Below, in pieces: positions 40,032 through 50,429 of a stretch of DNA of 64,000 nucleotides; positions within the stretch are counted from its first letter, which is position 1; each line of letters opens with the position of its first letter. The stretch is taken from contig JBAWYW010000001.1 in the NCBI GenBank assembly GCA_037143395.1, forward strand, positions 506-64,505, written 5' to 3'. The translations under genes and the position numbers were made by a program. Source of the DNA: Actinomycetes bacterium. Its GTDB lineage: Bacteria; Actinomycetota; Actinomycetes; Nanopelagicales; Nanopelagicaceae. The notes under the pieces are model-generated. The model was not told the origin of the DNA and did no database searches. It saw nothing but the letters and a program-made list of their open reading frames with translations.

Positions 40032-41641
40032 GATTGGACCACTTCCGTTGTTGTTGACCATGCTCCATCAACATCCAAATGCTGCACAATGCGAGACTGC
40101 CAGGTGACTTCAACTTCTGGGAAATCACTGCGCCAATGTGACCCTCGAGATTCCTCGCGAGTTAAGGCAGATCTAACAATCGCAGTTGCAAGAAAATAAA
40201 GATTTGAAACTTCCCAAGAATTTATATCTGCAGCTTTAGTCTTCCTCTTACTCAGCTCTTCCAGCGTCAGAAGTGCTCCCGTCAAACTTTTTTCAGAGCG
40301 CATAACACCTGCCCCTTCACTCATCGAAAGTTGGAGAGGGATTCGAATGGCAGGATCAAGAAGAATTGTTTTCTCTTTCTCATTTTCATATGGTTCATGC
40401 AGCTCTGGCAGATGTTTTGCAATGTGTTCAGCGATACGTGCACCAAAGACTAATCCCTCCAGTAGAGAGTTTGAAGCCAAGCGATTAGCACCATGGGCGC
40501 CAGTGCAAGCACTCTCACCACACACATAAAGCCCCTTGATTGTGCTTTGGCCGTTGAGATCAACTAAAACACCGCCTGAGGAATAGTGTGAAGCAGGTGC
40601 AACTGGAATCAATTGTTTTGTTGGGTCAATTCCATTTTCAAGACAAGAAGCATAAATTGTTGGGAAGCGTTCTTTGAAATCCTTAATAGCTGTTGCATCT
40701 AGCCAAACATGTGGAACGTTTGCCTCTTTCATTTGTGTAAATATTTCTTTAGCAACAATATCTCGCGGGGCTAGGTCAGATTGTTCATGTTTGCCCTGCA
40801 TAAAGCGTTCACCTTTATGGTTGAGGAGGATTGCACCTTCACCACGTACTGCTTCACTAATAAGCGGTTGCTGCCCGCCCAAACTCATATCTCTCCACAA
40901 AACAGTTGGATGAAATTGGATGAACTCAACATCAGCAACATCCGCTCCAGCACGAAGCGCCATCGCAACACCATCACCAGTTGAAACTGCAGGATTTGTT
41001 GTTTGAGAATAAACCTGACCCAGACCCCCAGTTGCGATTACTACAGCTCTTGCGAGGGCTTGCCCAACTCCATCTCTTGAACCTTCACCAATAACGTGAA
41101 CAGTCACGCCACAGACTGCGCCTGATTTAGATTTGAGGGCGTCAATAACGAGAGCATGCTCAATAATTTCGATGCCTTCATCATTTTGAACTGCTGCAAG
41201 AAGTGCACGAGAAACTTCAGCTCCTGTCGCATCTCCACCTGCGTGCAAAATTCGGTTCCTGTGGTGACCTCCTTCACGCGTAAGCGCAATTTCACCACTT
41301 TCTGCTTTATCAAAAACTGCGCCGTGAGCAATTAACTTACGTACTGCTTCTGGTCCTTCAGTTACTAATACGTTTACTGCATCTAAATCACATAAGCCTG
41401 CTCCTGCAATCAGAGTGTCACTTTTATGTTGGTCGGGTGTATCGCCCGGACCAAGTGCAGCGGCAATTCCACCTTGTGCCCATTTTGTAGAGCCCTCATC
41501 AATATTTGCTTTTGTAACAAGAAGAACTGAAAGATTTGCTGCTCGCGCGTTAAGGGCAGTTGTTAAACCTGCAACACCGGAACCAATAACAATGACATCT
41601 GCGCGCACCGTCCAACCAGGTTTACCTGCAAAAAGCTTCAT
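40028..41641 (-). CDS. nadB: L-aspartate oxidase
   Basis: FAD motif VIVIGSGVAGL, QGGIAAA, RSHWRSDFP-type C-terminus (SRGSHWRSDFP). ATG 41641 forms ATGA with the panC stop. The ORF-track extension to 41692 is rejected. Confidence 0.92.
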   Translation of the reverse strand: MKLFAGKPGWTVRADVIVIGSGVAGLTTALNARAANLSVLLVTKANIDEGSTKWAQGGIAAALGPGDTPDQHKSDTLIAGAGLCDLDAVNVLVTEGPEAVRKLIAHGAVFDKAESGEIALTREGGHHRNRILHAGGDATGAEVSRALLAAVQNDEGIEIIEHALVIDALKSKSGAVCGVTVHVIGEGSRDGVGQALARAVVIATGGLGQVYSQTTNPAVSTGDGVAMALRAGADVADVEFIQFHPTVLWRDMSLGGQQPLISEAVRGEGAILLNHKGERFMQGKHEQSDLAPRDIVAKEIFTQMKEANVPHVWLDATAIKDFKERFPTIYASCLENGIDPTKQLIPVAPASHYSSGGVLVDLNGQSTIKGLYVCGESACTGAHGANRLASNSLLEGLVFGARIAEHIAKHLPELHEPYENEKEKTILLDPAIRIPLQLSMSEGAGVMRSEKSLTGALLTLEELSKRKTKAADINSWEVSNLYFLATAIVRSALTREESRGSHWRSDFPEVEVTWQSRIVQHLDVDGAWSTTTEVVQS

Positions 41642-42417
41642 GAAGGGACCGCCATCCCCATATTGTCGAGCAAACGAACCCCATCTATCCAACCGGCGAT
41701 AATTGCCCTTGGATTAAGCGTGGTCGAGTCAGCAATTTCAAATGTGAATGGGTCAATCACCTCGGCATAATCCAAAGAGAACGCTGGCTCGCCAGCCAAA
41801 ATCTCTCTCATCGCCTCCTTGGATCCAGAACGTAGTGCCCTAGATATAACAAGAGCCGCTTTTCGCCCCTCAGGAGTCAGAAGGGCATTGCGTGATGACA
41901 AAGCAAGACCATCTGCATCTCGAATGGTTCCACCAGTGACGATTTCTACCGGAATATGGCTTTTTAAAACCCAGTTCTTAACAATATGTAGTTGCTGAAA
42001 ATCTTTTTCACCAAAAACTGCCCATCGTGGATCCACGTGTTTAAAAAGCTGATTAATAACAGTGAGGACTCCATCAAAATGGCCTGGCCTTGTAATCCCC
42101 TCAAATTTATTACCAATCTCACCAGCACTAATCTTTTTAACCTCACCGTTCTGTTTCAGATTCTCAGGATAAATTTCATCAACTGTTGGTGCCCAAATTC
42201 GGGTTGCTCCTGCTGCAAGAGCTTTCTTACTGTCAGCTTCTAAATCTCTTGGGTACTCTTCCAAATCCTTGGAATTTTCGAACTGAAGGGGGTTGATGAA
42301 GATGCTAACGACTACATTTTTAGTGAGCGTACGTGCTTGTTTGATTAATGAAATATGTCCATCATGAAGAGCGCCCATCGTAGGAACGAAGGCGATGTCA
42401 TTACTGCTTACAGACAT
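41638..42417 (-). CDS. panC: pantoate-beta-alanine ligase
   Basis: VPTMGALHDGHISL (HIGH-like), FGEKDFQQ, SSRN motifs. Confidence 0.93.
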   Translation of the reverse strand: MSVSSNDIAFVPTMGALHDGHISLIKQARTLTKNVVVSIFINPLQFENSKDLEEYPRDLEADSKKALAAGATRIWAPTVDEIYPENLKQNGEVKKISAGEIGNKFEGITRPGHFDGVLTVINQLFKHVDPRWAVFGEKDFQQLHIVKNWVLKSHIPVEIVTGGTIRDADGLALSSRNALLTPEGRKAALVISRALRSGSKEAMREILAGEPAFSLDYAEVIDPFTFEIADSTTLNPRAIIAGWIDGVRLLDNMGMAVPS

Positions 42418-42462
42418 TTACTGGCTCCAGTCCTTTCCGGTACCGGGCGTGCATCTAAAAGT

Positions 42463-42912
42463 TTACCCTGCAATTTGTTTAAGCAACACTCCGATCTTCC
42501 CGTAGCCAGGAAGCACTGCTTGCGGATCAATTTCAACCCATGGCTCTAAAACAAAGTTTCTCTCGTGTGCCCTGGGATGAGGCAAAGTGAGTAATTCTTC
42601 CTTCATCAGAAGGTCACCATAAATTATGAGATCTAGATCTAAAGTACGCGGACCCCAACGCTCTTCCCTTACTCTTCCAGCGCAATTTTCAATGGACTGC
42701 AACTGAGTTAATAATTCAAGGGGTGGCATCTGAGTATCGCCTATCAAAACTGCATTGAGATAATTTGGCTGCTCTGGACCGCCGACTGGAATAGTTTCAT
42801 AAAACTTGGATATCGATTGGACTTCAACTGATTTGCCAATCTGAATGATTGCATCAGAAAATATCGATTTCGAGTCACCTAGGTTTGACCCAAGAGCAAT
42901 TACCGTTTTCAC
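42463..42912 (-). CDS. folK: 2-amino-4-hydroxy-6-hydroxymethyldihydropteridine diphosphokinase
   Basis: IALGSNLGD, WGPRTLDLDLI, PHP..HER.FVL motifs. GTGA overlap with folB. Confidence 0.9.
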   Translation of the reverse strand: MKTVIALGSNLGDSKSIFSDAIIQIGKSVEVQSISKFYETIPVGGPEQPNYLNAVLIGDTQMPPLELLTQLQSIENCAGRVREERWGPRTLDLDLIIYGDLLMKEELLTLPHPRAHERNFVLEPWVEIDPQAVLPGYGKIGVLLKQIAG

Positions 42913-43268
42913 TTGCTACGTGTGATCCTTACTGCAATATCTCCTACTTCAATACCAACTGAAGCGTCAGGTTTGTGAACCACAACTTCAACACTTTTCA
43001 CAGGAAATTCCTTAAGTATTTTCTGTGCAATTATTTCCGCAAGGTGCTCAATTAAATTAACAGGATCACCAATGAGAACTTTATTCACAACAGCAATTAC
43101 TTTCGAATAATCAATTGCATCACTTAAAGAATCACTTTTCGAGGCCTTTTTAGACTTTAGAGTGAGCAATAAATCCACGAGAAATCTCTGTCCGTTTTTG
43201 CGCTCTTCTGGATAGACGCCGTGGAACCCATGCGCTGAAATGGAGTGTATTTCGATGCGATCACTCAT
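42909..43268 (-). CDS. folB: dihydroneopterin aldolase
   Basis: 119 aa. GFHGVYPEER..GQRF and DYS..LIE.LAE patterns. ATGA overlap with folP. Confidence 0.88.
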   Translation of the reverse strand: MSDRIEIHSISAHGFHGVYPEERKNGQRFLVDLLLTLKSKKASKSDSLSDAIDYSKVIAVVNKVLIGDPVNLIEHLAEIIAQKILKEFPVKSVEVVVHKPDASVGIEVGDIAVRITRSK

Positions 43269-44071
43269 GCGCGTAACTCCATCACGACTTTAATCGCATC
43301 GACATGTGGTTTCACACTGTGAGTACGGACTCCCCATACACCCTGCTTCGCCAACTGCGCGGTAAGAGCAATAGTTGCTGATTCTCTTTCATCTGGATTG
43401 CTCGCCTCAACTAAGTCACCAAGAAATCTCTTTCGAGAAACCCCTACTAGTAATGGATAACCTAGAAGTTGTAAGCGATCCATGTTGCGGAGTAATTCCC
43501 AGTTGTGTTCAGAAGTTTTTGCAAAACCAATTCCAGGATCCAAAATGATTTGCTCTGGGCTAACGCCTTCGCTGATAAGGGCAGTCGCTCGCTCATCTAG
43601 CTCTTCTTTGACCTCTTTAACAACATCCTTATATACAGCGTGCTTTTGCATATCTTCTGAATGTCCCCGCCAATGCATCGCAACATATTGAACTGTGGGA
43701 TTTTTTGAAATCAATTTAGCCATATCAGGATCAGCAAGACCTCCGCTAACGTCATTGACAATACTTACCCCTGCCGCAATAGCCGCGCGAGCAATCTCTG
43801 CTCTTGTTGTATCCACACTGAGTGTCACACCTAATGGCTGGAGCTCTGTTATTACGGGAATAACTCGATCTCGTTCTTCTTCCAAACTCACCCTGGCAGC
43901 GCCAGGCCTTGTTGATTCCCCACCAATATCAATTATGTCTACGCCCTCTGCAATCATCTGACGAGCTCGATTAATAGCGGCGTCAAAATCAAAATGGCGC
44001 CCTCCATCTGCAAAAGAGTCAGGAGTGACATTTAAAATGCCCATCACCAATGTCTGCTCGGAATTACTCAT
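43265..44071 (-). CDS. folP: dihydropteroate synthase
   Basis: VMGILNVTPDSFADGG, DIGGESTRPG, NDVSGG, DPGIGFAK motifs. Confidence 0.93.
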   Translation of the reverse strand: MSNSEQTLVMGILNVTPDSFADGGRHFDFDAAINRARQMIAEGVDIIDIGGESTRPGAARVSLEEERDRVIPVITELQPLGVTLSVDTTRAEIARAAIAAGVSIVNDVSGGLADPDMAKLISKNPTVQYVAMHWRGHSEDMQKHAVYKDVVKEVKEELDERATALISEGVSPEQIILDPGIGFAKTSEHNWELLRNMDRLQLLGYPLLVGVSRKRFLGDLVEASNPDERESATIALTAQLAKQGVWGVRTHSVKPHVDAIKVVMELRA

Positions 44072-44697
44072 TAGCGCTCAGATGCTGTTATGAGCGCCAT
44101 CGCCTCAGCACGCGTAGCAGCGCTTCGCAATTGACCTCGGACCGCACTGGTAGTTGTTCGAGCCTGTGATTTCTTTACTCCACGCATCGACATACATAAA
44201 TGTTCGCAATCAACAATCACGATTACACCAGCTGGATTTAAAATTTCAACCATTGCATCTGCAATCTGAGATGTTAACCGCTCTTGAACTTGTGGGCGAC
44301 GAGAATATAAGTCAACAAGCCTTGCAAGTTTAGAAAGTCCTGTAATGCGGCCAGAGTCCCCAGGTATATAACCGATATGGGCAACACCGTGAAAAGGAGT
44401 GAGGTGGTGCTCGCAATGTGAAAACACTTCAATATCTCTCACAATTACCAATTCACTATGACCAATATCAAAAGTTGTTGTGAGGATCTCCTCAGGTGAT
44501 TGCCATAAGCCTTCAAAGTTTTCACGGAATGCTTTTGCTACTCGCTTAGGTGTATCCCTCAGGCCATCACGCTCGGGATCTTCACCAATTGCGAGTAGTA
44601 ACTCGGTTACTGCTCGCTCAGCTCTAGCTTGATCAAACTCAGCGCGTGCACGTCCGTCATGTGGACCCATGCTGACTGGATTGATCTCATCTGTCAT
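44071..44697 (-). CDS. folE: GTP cyclohydrolase I
   Basis: [30 protein letters not shown] motifs. Its stop shares 1 nt with the folP ATG (TAATG). Confidence 0.95.
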   Translation of the reverse strand: MTDEINPVSMGPHDGRARAEFDQARAERAVTELLLAIGEDPERDGLRDTPKRVAKAFRENFEGLWQSPEEILTTTFDIGHSELVIVRDIEVFSHCEHHLTPFHGVAHIGYIPGDSGRITGLSKLARLVDLYSRRPQVQERLTSQIADAMVEILNPAGVIVIVDCEHLCMSMRGVKKSQARTTTSAVRGQLRSAATRAEAMALITASER

Positions 44698-44700
44698 TTC

Positions 44701-46776
44701 TTAAGCCTCAACTGTTGGTGGCGCCGCTTTTTTCCTTGGCTTACGAACAGGCTGCTCAACATTCTTCTCAACTTCAACCACAGGTTTTTGTGGCTTTGCC
44801 GGAGATAAGTTCACAGGTGGCTTATCTGACGGCGTGCGCTCAGGTGAGCCAGTCCACGCAGGCCTTGGCTTAACTTTCTTCACGCGCTTGAAGATTTTTT
44901 CAATCTCGTCTTTGAGCAATGTTTCGCGCTCAAGTAGCTCAACAACAAGTGCATCCAGAGTATCGCGGTTCGCAACGAGAATATCGAATGCTTCCTGGTG
45001 CGCATTTTCAATCAGGTTATGAATTTCTGAATCAACAATTCCAGCAACATTTTCAGAATAATCACGTTGATGCCCATAATCGCGACCCAAGAAAGGTTCG
45101 CTATCACTTGTTCCCAGCTTAATTGCGCCAATCTTTTCCGTCATTCCATACTGAGTAACCATGGCCCGTGCAAGATTTGTAGCCTTTTCAATGTCATTTG
45201 ATGCGCCGGTGGTTGGATCATGGAAGATCAATTCTTCTGCAGCGCGTCCACCTAATGAATATGCAAGCTGATCAAGCATTTGATTGCGGGTTGTCGCATA
45301 GCGATCTTCGTCAGGCAAAACCATTGTGTAACCAAGTGCACGTCCTCGAGGCATAATCGTAATTTTGTGAACAGGATCGGTATGAGGCAAGGCATGTGCA
45401 ACTAGTGCGTGTCCACCTTCGTGATAAGCAGTAATACGACGCTCTTCTTCAGTCATAAGACGAGTTGTGCGCTGAGGCCCAGCCATAACACGATCAATAG
45501 CTTCATCAAGGGCCGCAGTAGTAATGACCTTTGCATTTTCACGTGCTGTGAGTAGCGCAGCTTCATTTAGAACATTGGCAAGATCAGCTCCAGTAAATCC
45601 TGGGGTGCGCTTAGCAAACGAACTTAAATCAACGCTCTTAGCAATTGGCTTACCTTTTGCGTGTACTTCTAAAATCGCAGTGCGACCTTTTAGGTCTGGG
45701 CGATCAACAGGAATTTGGCGATCAAAGCGTCCTGGTCGAAGTAGCGCGGGATCTAGCACATCTGGACGGTTTGTTGCCGCAATCAAAATAACTTGACCAT
45801 TACCTTCAAAGCCATCCATCTCAACTAACAACTGATTTAACGTTTGTTCACGTTCATCATGTCCTCCACCTAAGCCAGCACCGCGCTGACGACCAACAGC
45901 ATCAATTTCATCAACAAATATAATTGCTGGAGCATTTTCTTTTGCTTGAGTAAACAAGTCGCGTACACGTGACGCGCCAACACCAACAAACATTTCGACA
46001 AATTCTGACCCAGAGATCGAATAGAAAGGAACATTTGCTTCGCCCGCAACTGCACGGGCAAGAAGTGTCTTACCTGTTCCCGGAGGACCGTATAACAGAA
46101 CGCCTTTTGGAATTTTTGCCCCAATATCTTGATACTTCTTTGGATCGGCGAGAAAATCTTTTATCTCCCGCAGTTCAGCAACTGCTTCATCGGCACCTGC
46201 AACATCAGCAAAGGTATTTTGAGGGTTCTCCTTGTTTTGCATTTTCGCTTTTGAGCGACCAAAGGAGAAAATTCGGTTTCCACCCTGCGCATTGCCCATA
46301 AATAGAAGTATGAGAAATCCAATAACAAGAATTGGCGCAAAGCTAAAGAATAGTGAAGCTAGGAATGAGGTAGTCGGGACCTTCACGTTCCATGCCTTTG
46401 AAGGCGGATTGCTTGTCAATAACTCAGTTATTTGTGGTTCTTGATTAGCAACATAATTCGCTTGAATGTGTGAAGAGCCTTTTACGGTTGTCCCATGCTT
46501 CAAAATAATTTGGATACGTTGATCCTTATCAATCAAAAGAGCGGACTCAACTTTGTTCTGTGAAATTTCAGCCAAGATTGTTGAAGTATCGACTGTGGTG
46601 TAGGTCGCGCCGCTACCTGAAATTCTTCCGAAAGCAATGACAAAAAGAAGGGCAATAACTATCCAGAATAGTGGACCACGGACAATCTTTCGGATTCGCT
46701 TACGTGGAACTTGAATCTTCTTATCAGTCAGTTTCTTTTTCTCTGTCAACTTCTTTTTCTCTTTTCCGTTACTCAT
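44701..46776 (-). CDS. ftsH: ATP-dependent zinc metalloprotease FtsH
   Basis: [14 protein letters not shown] region, HEGGHA zinc motif. ATGA overlap with hpt. Confidence 0.97.
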   Translation of the reverse strand: MSNGKEKKKLTEKKKLTDKKIQVPRKRIRKIVRGPLFWIVIALLFVIAFGRISGSGATYTTVDTSTILAEISQNKVESALLIDKDQRIQIILKHGTTVKGSSHIQANYVANQEPQITELLTSNPPSKAWNVKVPTTSFLASLFFSFAPILVIGFLILLFMGNAQGGNRIFSFGRSKAKMQNKENPQNTFADVAGADEAVAELREIKDFLADPKKYQDIGAKIPKGVLLYGPPGTGKTLLARAVAGEANVPFYSISGSEFVEMFVGVGASRVRDLFTQAKENAPAIIFVDEIDAVGRQRGAGLGGGHDEREQTLNQLLVEMDGFEGNGQVILIAATNRPDVLDPALLRPGRFDRQIPVDRPDLKGRTAILEVHAKGKPIAKSVDLSSFAKRTPGFTGADLANVLNEAALLTARENAKVITTAALDEAIDRVMAGPQRTTRLMTEEERRITAYHEGGHALVAHALPHTDPVHKITIMPRGRALGYTMVLPDEDRYATTRNQMLDQLAYSLGGRAAEELIFHDPTTGASNDIEKATNLARAMVTQYGMTEKIGAIKLGTSDSEPFLGRDYGHQRDYSENVAGIVDSEIHNLIENAHQEAFDILVANRDTLDALVVELLERETLLKDEIEKIFKRVKKVKPRPAWTGSPERTPSDKPPVNLSPAKPQKPVVEVEKNVEQPVRKPRKKAAPPTVEA

Positions 46777-47324
46777 GAATACACGTGCTTTGCTAAGACG
46801 CCAATAAAATCTAGGTTTCGATATCGCTCGTTAAAGTCAAGTCCATAGCCAACAACAAACTCGGTTGGTATATCAAATCCAACATACTTAACATCAACTG
46901 CAACTTTTGCTGCCTCGGGCTTACGAAGCATTGTTAAAATTTCTACAGTCTTGGTTCCGCGTGATTCTAAATTTGCCTTGAGCCACGAAAGCGTTAAGCC
47001 TGTGTCAACAATATCTTCAACAATGAGAACGTGCTTATTTGTAATATCTCGGTCAAGATCCTTAAGGATTCGCACAACACCGCTTGACTTAGTTCCTGAA
47101 CCGTATGATGAAACAGCCATCCAATCCATTTCAACATGTCGATTAAGTGTTCTAACAAAATCTGCCATGGTCATAACTGCGCCTTTAAGAATTCCAATAA
47201 CAAGTAGTTCTTTACCTTCATAATCTTTTTCAACTGCTTGTGCTAATTCTGCAATACGAATTTGGATCTGTTCATGTGTAACTACGACGCGTTCAATATC
47301 TGCGCCACTTGTTCCAAGATCCAC
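46773..47324 (-). CDS. hpt: hypoxanthine phosphoribosyltransferase
   Basis: PRPP motif VLIVEDIVDTGLT. GTG start 6 nt after AGGAG. Confidence 0.93.
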   Translation of the reverse strand: MDLGTSGADIERVVVTHEQIQIRIAELAQAVEKDYEGKELLVIGILKGAVMTMADFVRTLNRHVEMDWMAVSSYGSGTKSSGVVRILKDLDRDITNKHVLIVEDIVDTGLTLSWLKANLESRGTKTVEILTMLRKPEAAKVAVDVKYVGFDIPTEFVVGYGLDFNERYRNLDFIGVLAKHVYS

Positions 47325-47367
47325 GTTGCTCTCCTATGAAGTAATCCCGGCCTGCTGGCCGGACTTG

Positions 47368-48318
47368 CTATCCCTGTGAGAGCGAAAGTCTGCCCGAAAT
47401 TCGTCCGACCTTCACACCACCAGGAAGAGATACTTCTCCCTGCCCGTGCCACGCTGTGACCAGCGCCTCTACAGCAGCCACATGATCGGCAGTAATCGAG
47501 CCGCTAGGGGCACCGGCGGCAAGGATCACCCTGCGCAGCACCCGGCTTCGAACAGCCTTGGGGAGTTTGCCGAGAAGCTCAGTATCAAGGTCCTCGGAAC
47601 TCGTCATCTTCAAAAAATCATCTGCGTATTGATCTAGCGCATCCGCATCTTCTCGCAAAATTTTTGCACTTCTCGCAAGTGCATCAACTATTCCAGGCCC
47701 TAAATTTTTTTCTAGAATTGGCAAAACATTTCTTCTTGCTCTTACCCGGGTGTAACTCTCATCTGAGTTCTGTGGATCAATCCATGGCTTCAGATCATTT
47801 TCCCGGCATACCTCTTCGGTAGTACTGCGTTCAACATGGAGAATCGGCCGGATATAGATTCCGTTTTCATCTGCCATTCCAGAAAGTGATCTTGTCCCTG
47901 ATCCACGAGCAAGACCAAGCAAAACATTTTCAGCTTGATCATTCTTTGTATGTGCTAGAAAAAAGTAATCTGGGGAATGTTTTACAATTGCTGCTTCAAA
48001 TGCAGCATAGCGAGCACGACGAGCAGATGCTTCTAATCCGTCAACTATTTCAACATGAATTCGAACAATTTCAGGACTGACAATACCGATCTTTTTTAAA
48101 TTCTCTGCAGTGTCCTGTGCAACTTTATCTGATCCATTTTGAAGTCCATGGTCAACGATCAAAGCAACTACTTCAACACTGTGATGTGCAGCTTCTTGGT
48201 ACGTTGCGAGTGCGAGTGCGAGAGAGTCAGCCCCACCAGATACGCCAATTAAGACTCTTGCACTTGCTTTTTCTAGCCATGGTTTAACAGCTTGTCGTAA
48301 AACAAGTGTTGATTTCAT
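47368..48318 (-). CDS. tilS: tRNA(Ile)-lysidine synthase
   Basis: PP-loop GVSGGADSLAL and HTKNDQAE motifs. Confidence 0.9.
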   Translation of the reverse strand: MKSTLVLRQAVKPWLEKASARVLIGVSGGADSLALALATYQEAAHHSVEVVALIVDHGLQNGSDKVAQDTAENLKKIGIVSPEIVRIHVEIVDGLEASARRARYAAFEAAIVKHSPDYFFLAHTKNDQAENVLLGLARGSGTRSLSGMADENGIYIRPILHVERSTTEEVCRENDLKPWIDPQNSDESYTRVRARRNVLPILEKNLGPGIVDALARSAKILREDADALDQYADDFLKMTSSEDLDTELLGKLPKAVRSRVLRRVILAAGAPSGSITADHVAAVEALVTAWHGQGEVSLPGGVKVGRISGRLSLSQG

Positions 48319-48321
48319 TTC

Positions 48322-49548
48322 TTAAACACGTCCACCGGATGGCATTAAGCCCGAGATGCTGTACATGTTTGAGAAGAGTAATCCTTTAGATTTTGAGTTA
48401 GCTTCCCACATCATTCCATTGCCCGCATAAATGGTAATGTGGTGAATATTTTGAATAGTTCCATCGTATGAATAGAAAAGTAAATCGCCAGGTACTAATT
48501 GACTAAATGGAACGCGCTGCGAAGCAACAAAGTAAAGAGCTGCGTTCAAGCGCGACCATTCTGGATAGCCTAAGCCCGCTGCTTTATAGGCAGAATAAAC
48601 TAAACCTGAACAGTCAAAGCTATTCGGTCCTTGCGCTCCCCATACATATGGTTTGCGAGCGAGTACCTGCTTTTTGGCAAATTCAACCGCCGCAGCTCTA
48701 ATGGATTCTGTCGAACGAATAGTTGAACGACCATTAAATCCTCGATCCGGCCAGACTTTTGACTGGCCAGAAGTATGCGCAGCAGTATTTGCACTTGATT
48801 CTTCTAGCTGAGAAAGCGCTAATTGCTGCTGGAGGGTAATTCTAAAATTACGCGCTTTCTGTAACTCAACAATAAGTTTTGCTTGTTCGGCTTTAAGTTT
48901 GTCAACTTCAGCTTGTTGGGCGGATTTTGCAGAATCGGCTTCTGCTTTTGCAGTCGCCACTTTTGCCGTCGCTGTTGCTTGAGCAACTTTTGCTTGAGTC
49001 GCTGCAACTTTTGCAGCTTGAGCCACAACTAAGGCTGATTTATATCTTGCCAATGCGACCGAATCGGAAGCGCCAACTTGATTTAGCAATCCAAGCCGAT
49101 CAATGAGATCTTGTGGGCCATTCGATTCTAAAACGCTATTAAGAGATGTAAAGCCGCCGCCATGTATATAAGCATTTGCTGCCATACGGCCAATCGTTCT
49201 ATTGGCTTCTACAACTGCAACAGCAGTTAATGCTGCGTGAGCTGTTGCCACATTAGCTTGTTTGGTTGCTACCGCTAAAGCGGATTGGGCATGTACCAAT
49301 TTAGATTTTGCACTTTGCGCTTTTATGGTGAGTTTCTGCAAAACATTCGTTGCCGAACTAAGTTTTTGTTGTGCAGCGGCTGCTGCCTGTGCTTTTGCAT
49401 TTTCCGCTGTTTGAGCCGCAGCAATTTCTTCTTTCGTTGGTGGCTTTGGTTTCGGCGTTGCCGCAAAAACAGATTGTGGGATCAGCACAAAGATAGCGAA
49501 TAGGGCGATAGTCGCCTTCGCTTTACGGTGGATCCGCATTGTCTTCAT
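48322..49548 (-). CDS. secreted NlpC/P60 peptidoglycan endopeptidase with long Ala/Gln/Lys coiled-coil (RipA-like)
   Basis: Signal peptide ..PQSVFA, about 230-aa A/Q/K/T-rich coiled-coil, C-terminal YVWGAQGPNSFDCSGLVYSAY..H..IY catalytic domain. Confidence 0.85.
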   Translation of the reverse strand: MKTMRIHRKAKATIALFAIFVLIPQSVFAATPKPKPPTKEEIAAAQTAENAKAQAAAAAQQKLSSATNVLQKLTIKAQSAKSKLVHAQSALAVATKQANVATAHAALTAVAVVEANRTIGRMAANAYIHGGGFTSLNSVLESNGPQDLIDRLGLLNQVGASDSVALARYKSALVVAQAAKVAATQAKVAQATATAKVATAKAEADSAKSAQQAEVDKLKAEQAKLIVELQKARNFRITLQQQLALSQLEESSANTAAHTSGQSKVWPDRGFNGRSTIRSTESIRAAAVEFAKKQVLARKPYVWGAQGPNSFDCSGLVYSAYKAAGLGYPEWSRLNAALYFVASQRVPFSQLVPGDLLFYSYDGTIQNIHHITIYAGNGMMWEANSKSKGLLFSNMYSISGLMPSGGRV

Positions 49549-49637
49549 TGAAATAGCCCCCTGGGGAAGGAATCACATAAGGATAAGTGATCATCCTGTC
49601 CTGAGAGTGCTTTTATCCCTGAGAATAATCTGTGTCG

Positions 49638-50429
49638 CTAGTTAGATACATCTCGCTTTTTAAAAAGTATTCCAACCACAATTGCTCCAAAGAGTAGATA
49701 GCTTCCAGAAGTGGCTAATGAACGTTGATAGCTAATAATTGATGTTCCACCCTGAGAAATATTCGCAAAGTTTGCACCGGGCAACCATTTTGTAGTTGAT
49801 GAGATGACAGCCCCTAAAATATTTTCAAGAATTAAGCACCAAAGAACGCCTATTGAAATTGAGGTAATGGGTGACCTAAATAAAAGACCTAGAATCATTC
49901 CTAAGGTTCCAAAGGCAAGTGTTCCAAGGAAGATATTGATGAAAGTCTCCCCTAGAAGTTGAAGACCTGATGTTGTTAACCAAGCACTAGTACTGATAGC
50001 TGAACGTGGAGCGAGGGCAAAAGAAATACTTAGTGCGAATACTGCTGCGACTACCTCAAGCCAAATAGTAAAAAATGCCATAGCTAAATACTTTCCGAGA
50101 AGTACTTTTAACCTGGCTGGTTGCCGTACCAAAATATTTCGTAGAGTCCCTAAAGAATATTCCTGAGCTGTTTGTGAGGCAAAAACGCAGAGAGCAACAA
50201 TTCCTAAAAAGAAGCCCATAATCTGAAAACCATATACGAGCCCGTTTTTACCACTTAAGAATTCATTTGTGATGAGGACGCCTCTCGCACCATTTGGCTT
50301 ACCCGTCTCAACTCTTAGAAATACAAATGAAGTAAAAAATGCAGTCAATAAAGCAACTCCGATTAATGTTGGGACAAGCAAAGTTTTTCGCCGTAGTTTT
50401 CGCAGTTCACCAAACATCATTCTTAACAT
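49638..50429 (-). CDS. ABC-2 type transporter permease
   Basis: 263 aa, about 6 TM. Start abuts the stop of the ABC ATPase. Confidence 0.75.
   Translation of the reverse strand: MLRMMFGELRKLRRKTLLVPTLIGVALLTAFFTSFVFLRVETGKPNGARGVLITNEFLSGKNGLVYGFQIMGFFLGIVALCVFASQTAQEYSLGTLRNILVRQPARLKVLLGKYLAMAFFTIWLEVVAAVFALSISFALAPRSAISTSAWLTTSGLQLLGETFINIFLGTLAFGTLGMILGLLFRSPITSISIGVLWCLILENILGAVISSTTKWLPGANFANISQGGTSIISYQRSLATSGSYLLFGAIVVGILFKKRDVSN

Noticed and set aside
39198-41641. nadB-nadC sitting where Mycobacterium has panD (between panC and coaX), with no nadA in view
   Set aside because: As far as I recall, panC-nadB-nadC-coaX is the normal order in Streptomyces-type actinomycetes. It is therefore probably ancestral synteny rather than a novelty. 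Absence of nadA or panD cannot be judged from one window.
42437-42446. Perfect 10-bp palindrome CCGGTACCGG in the folK-panC spacer
   Set aside because: It is too short to distinguish from chance. As RNA it can only form a 3-bp stem, and no second copy was noticed.
46720-46776. Direct repeat at the 5' end of ftsH ([14 protein letters not shown])
   Set aside because: This is a low-complexity Lys-rich cytoplasmic N-terminus encoded by a short imperfect duplication. Such variable tails are typical and have no structural implication.
49549-49637. Possible ydaO (c-di-AMP) riboswitch in the leader of the RipA-like NlpC/P60 gene
   Set aside because: The gap is only 89 nt. On the minus strand I cannot find the conserved ydaO blocks (GGGGA..CCCA, CCGA, AGCUAACC-type segments), only short local stems (AGGAT..ATCCT, ATCAC..GTGAT). 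Infernal with RF00379 would be decisive.
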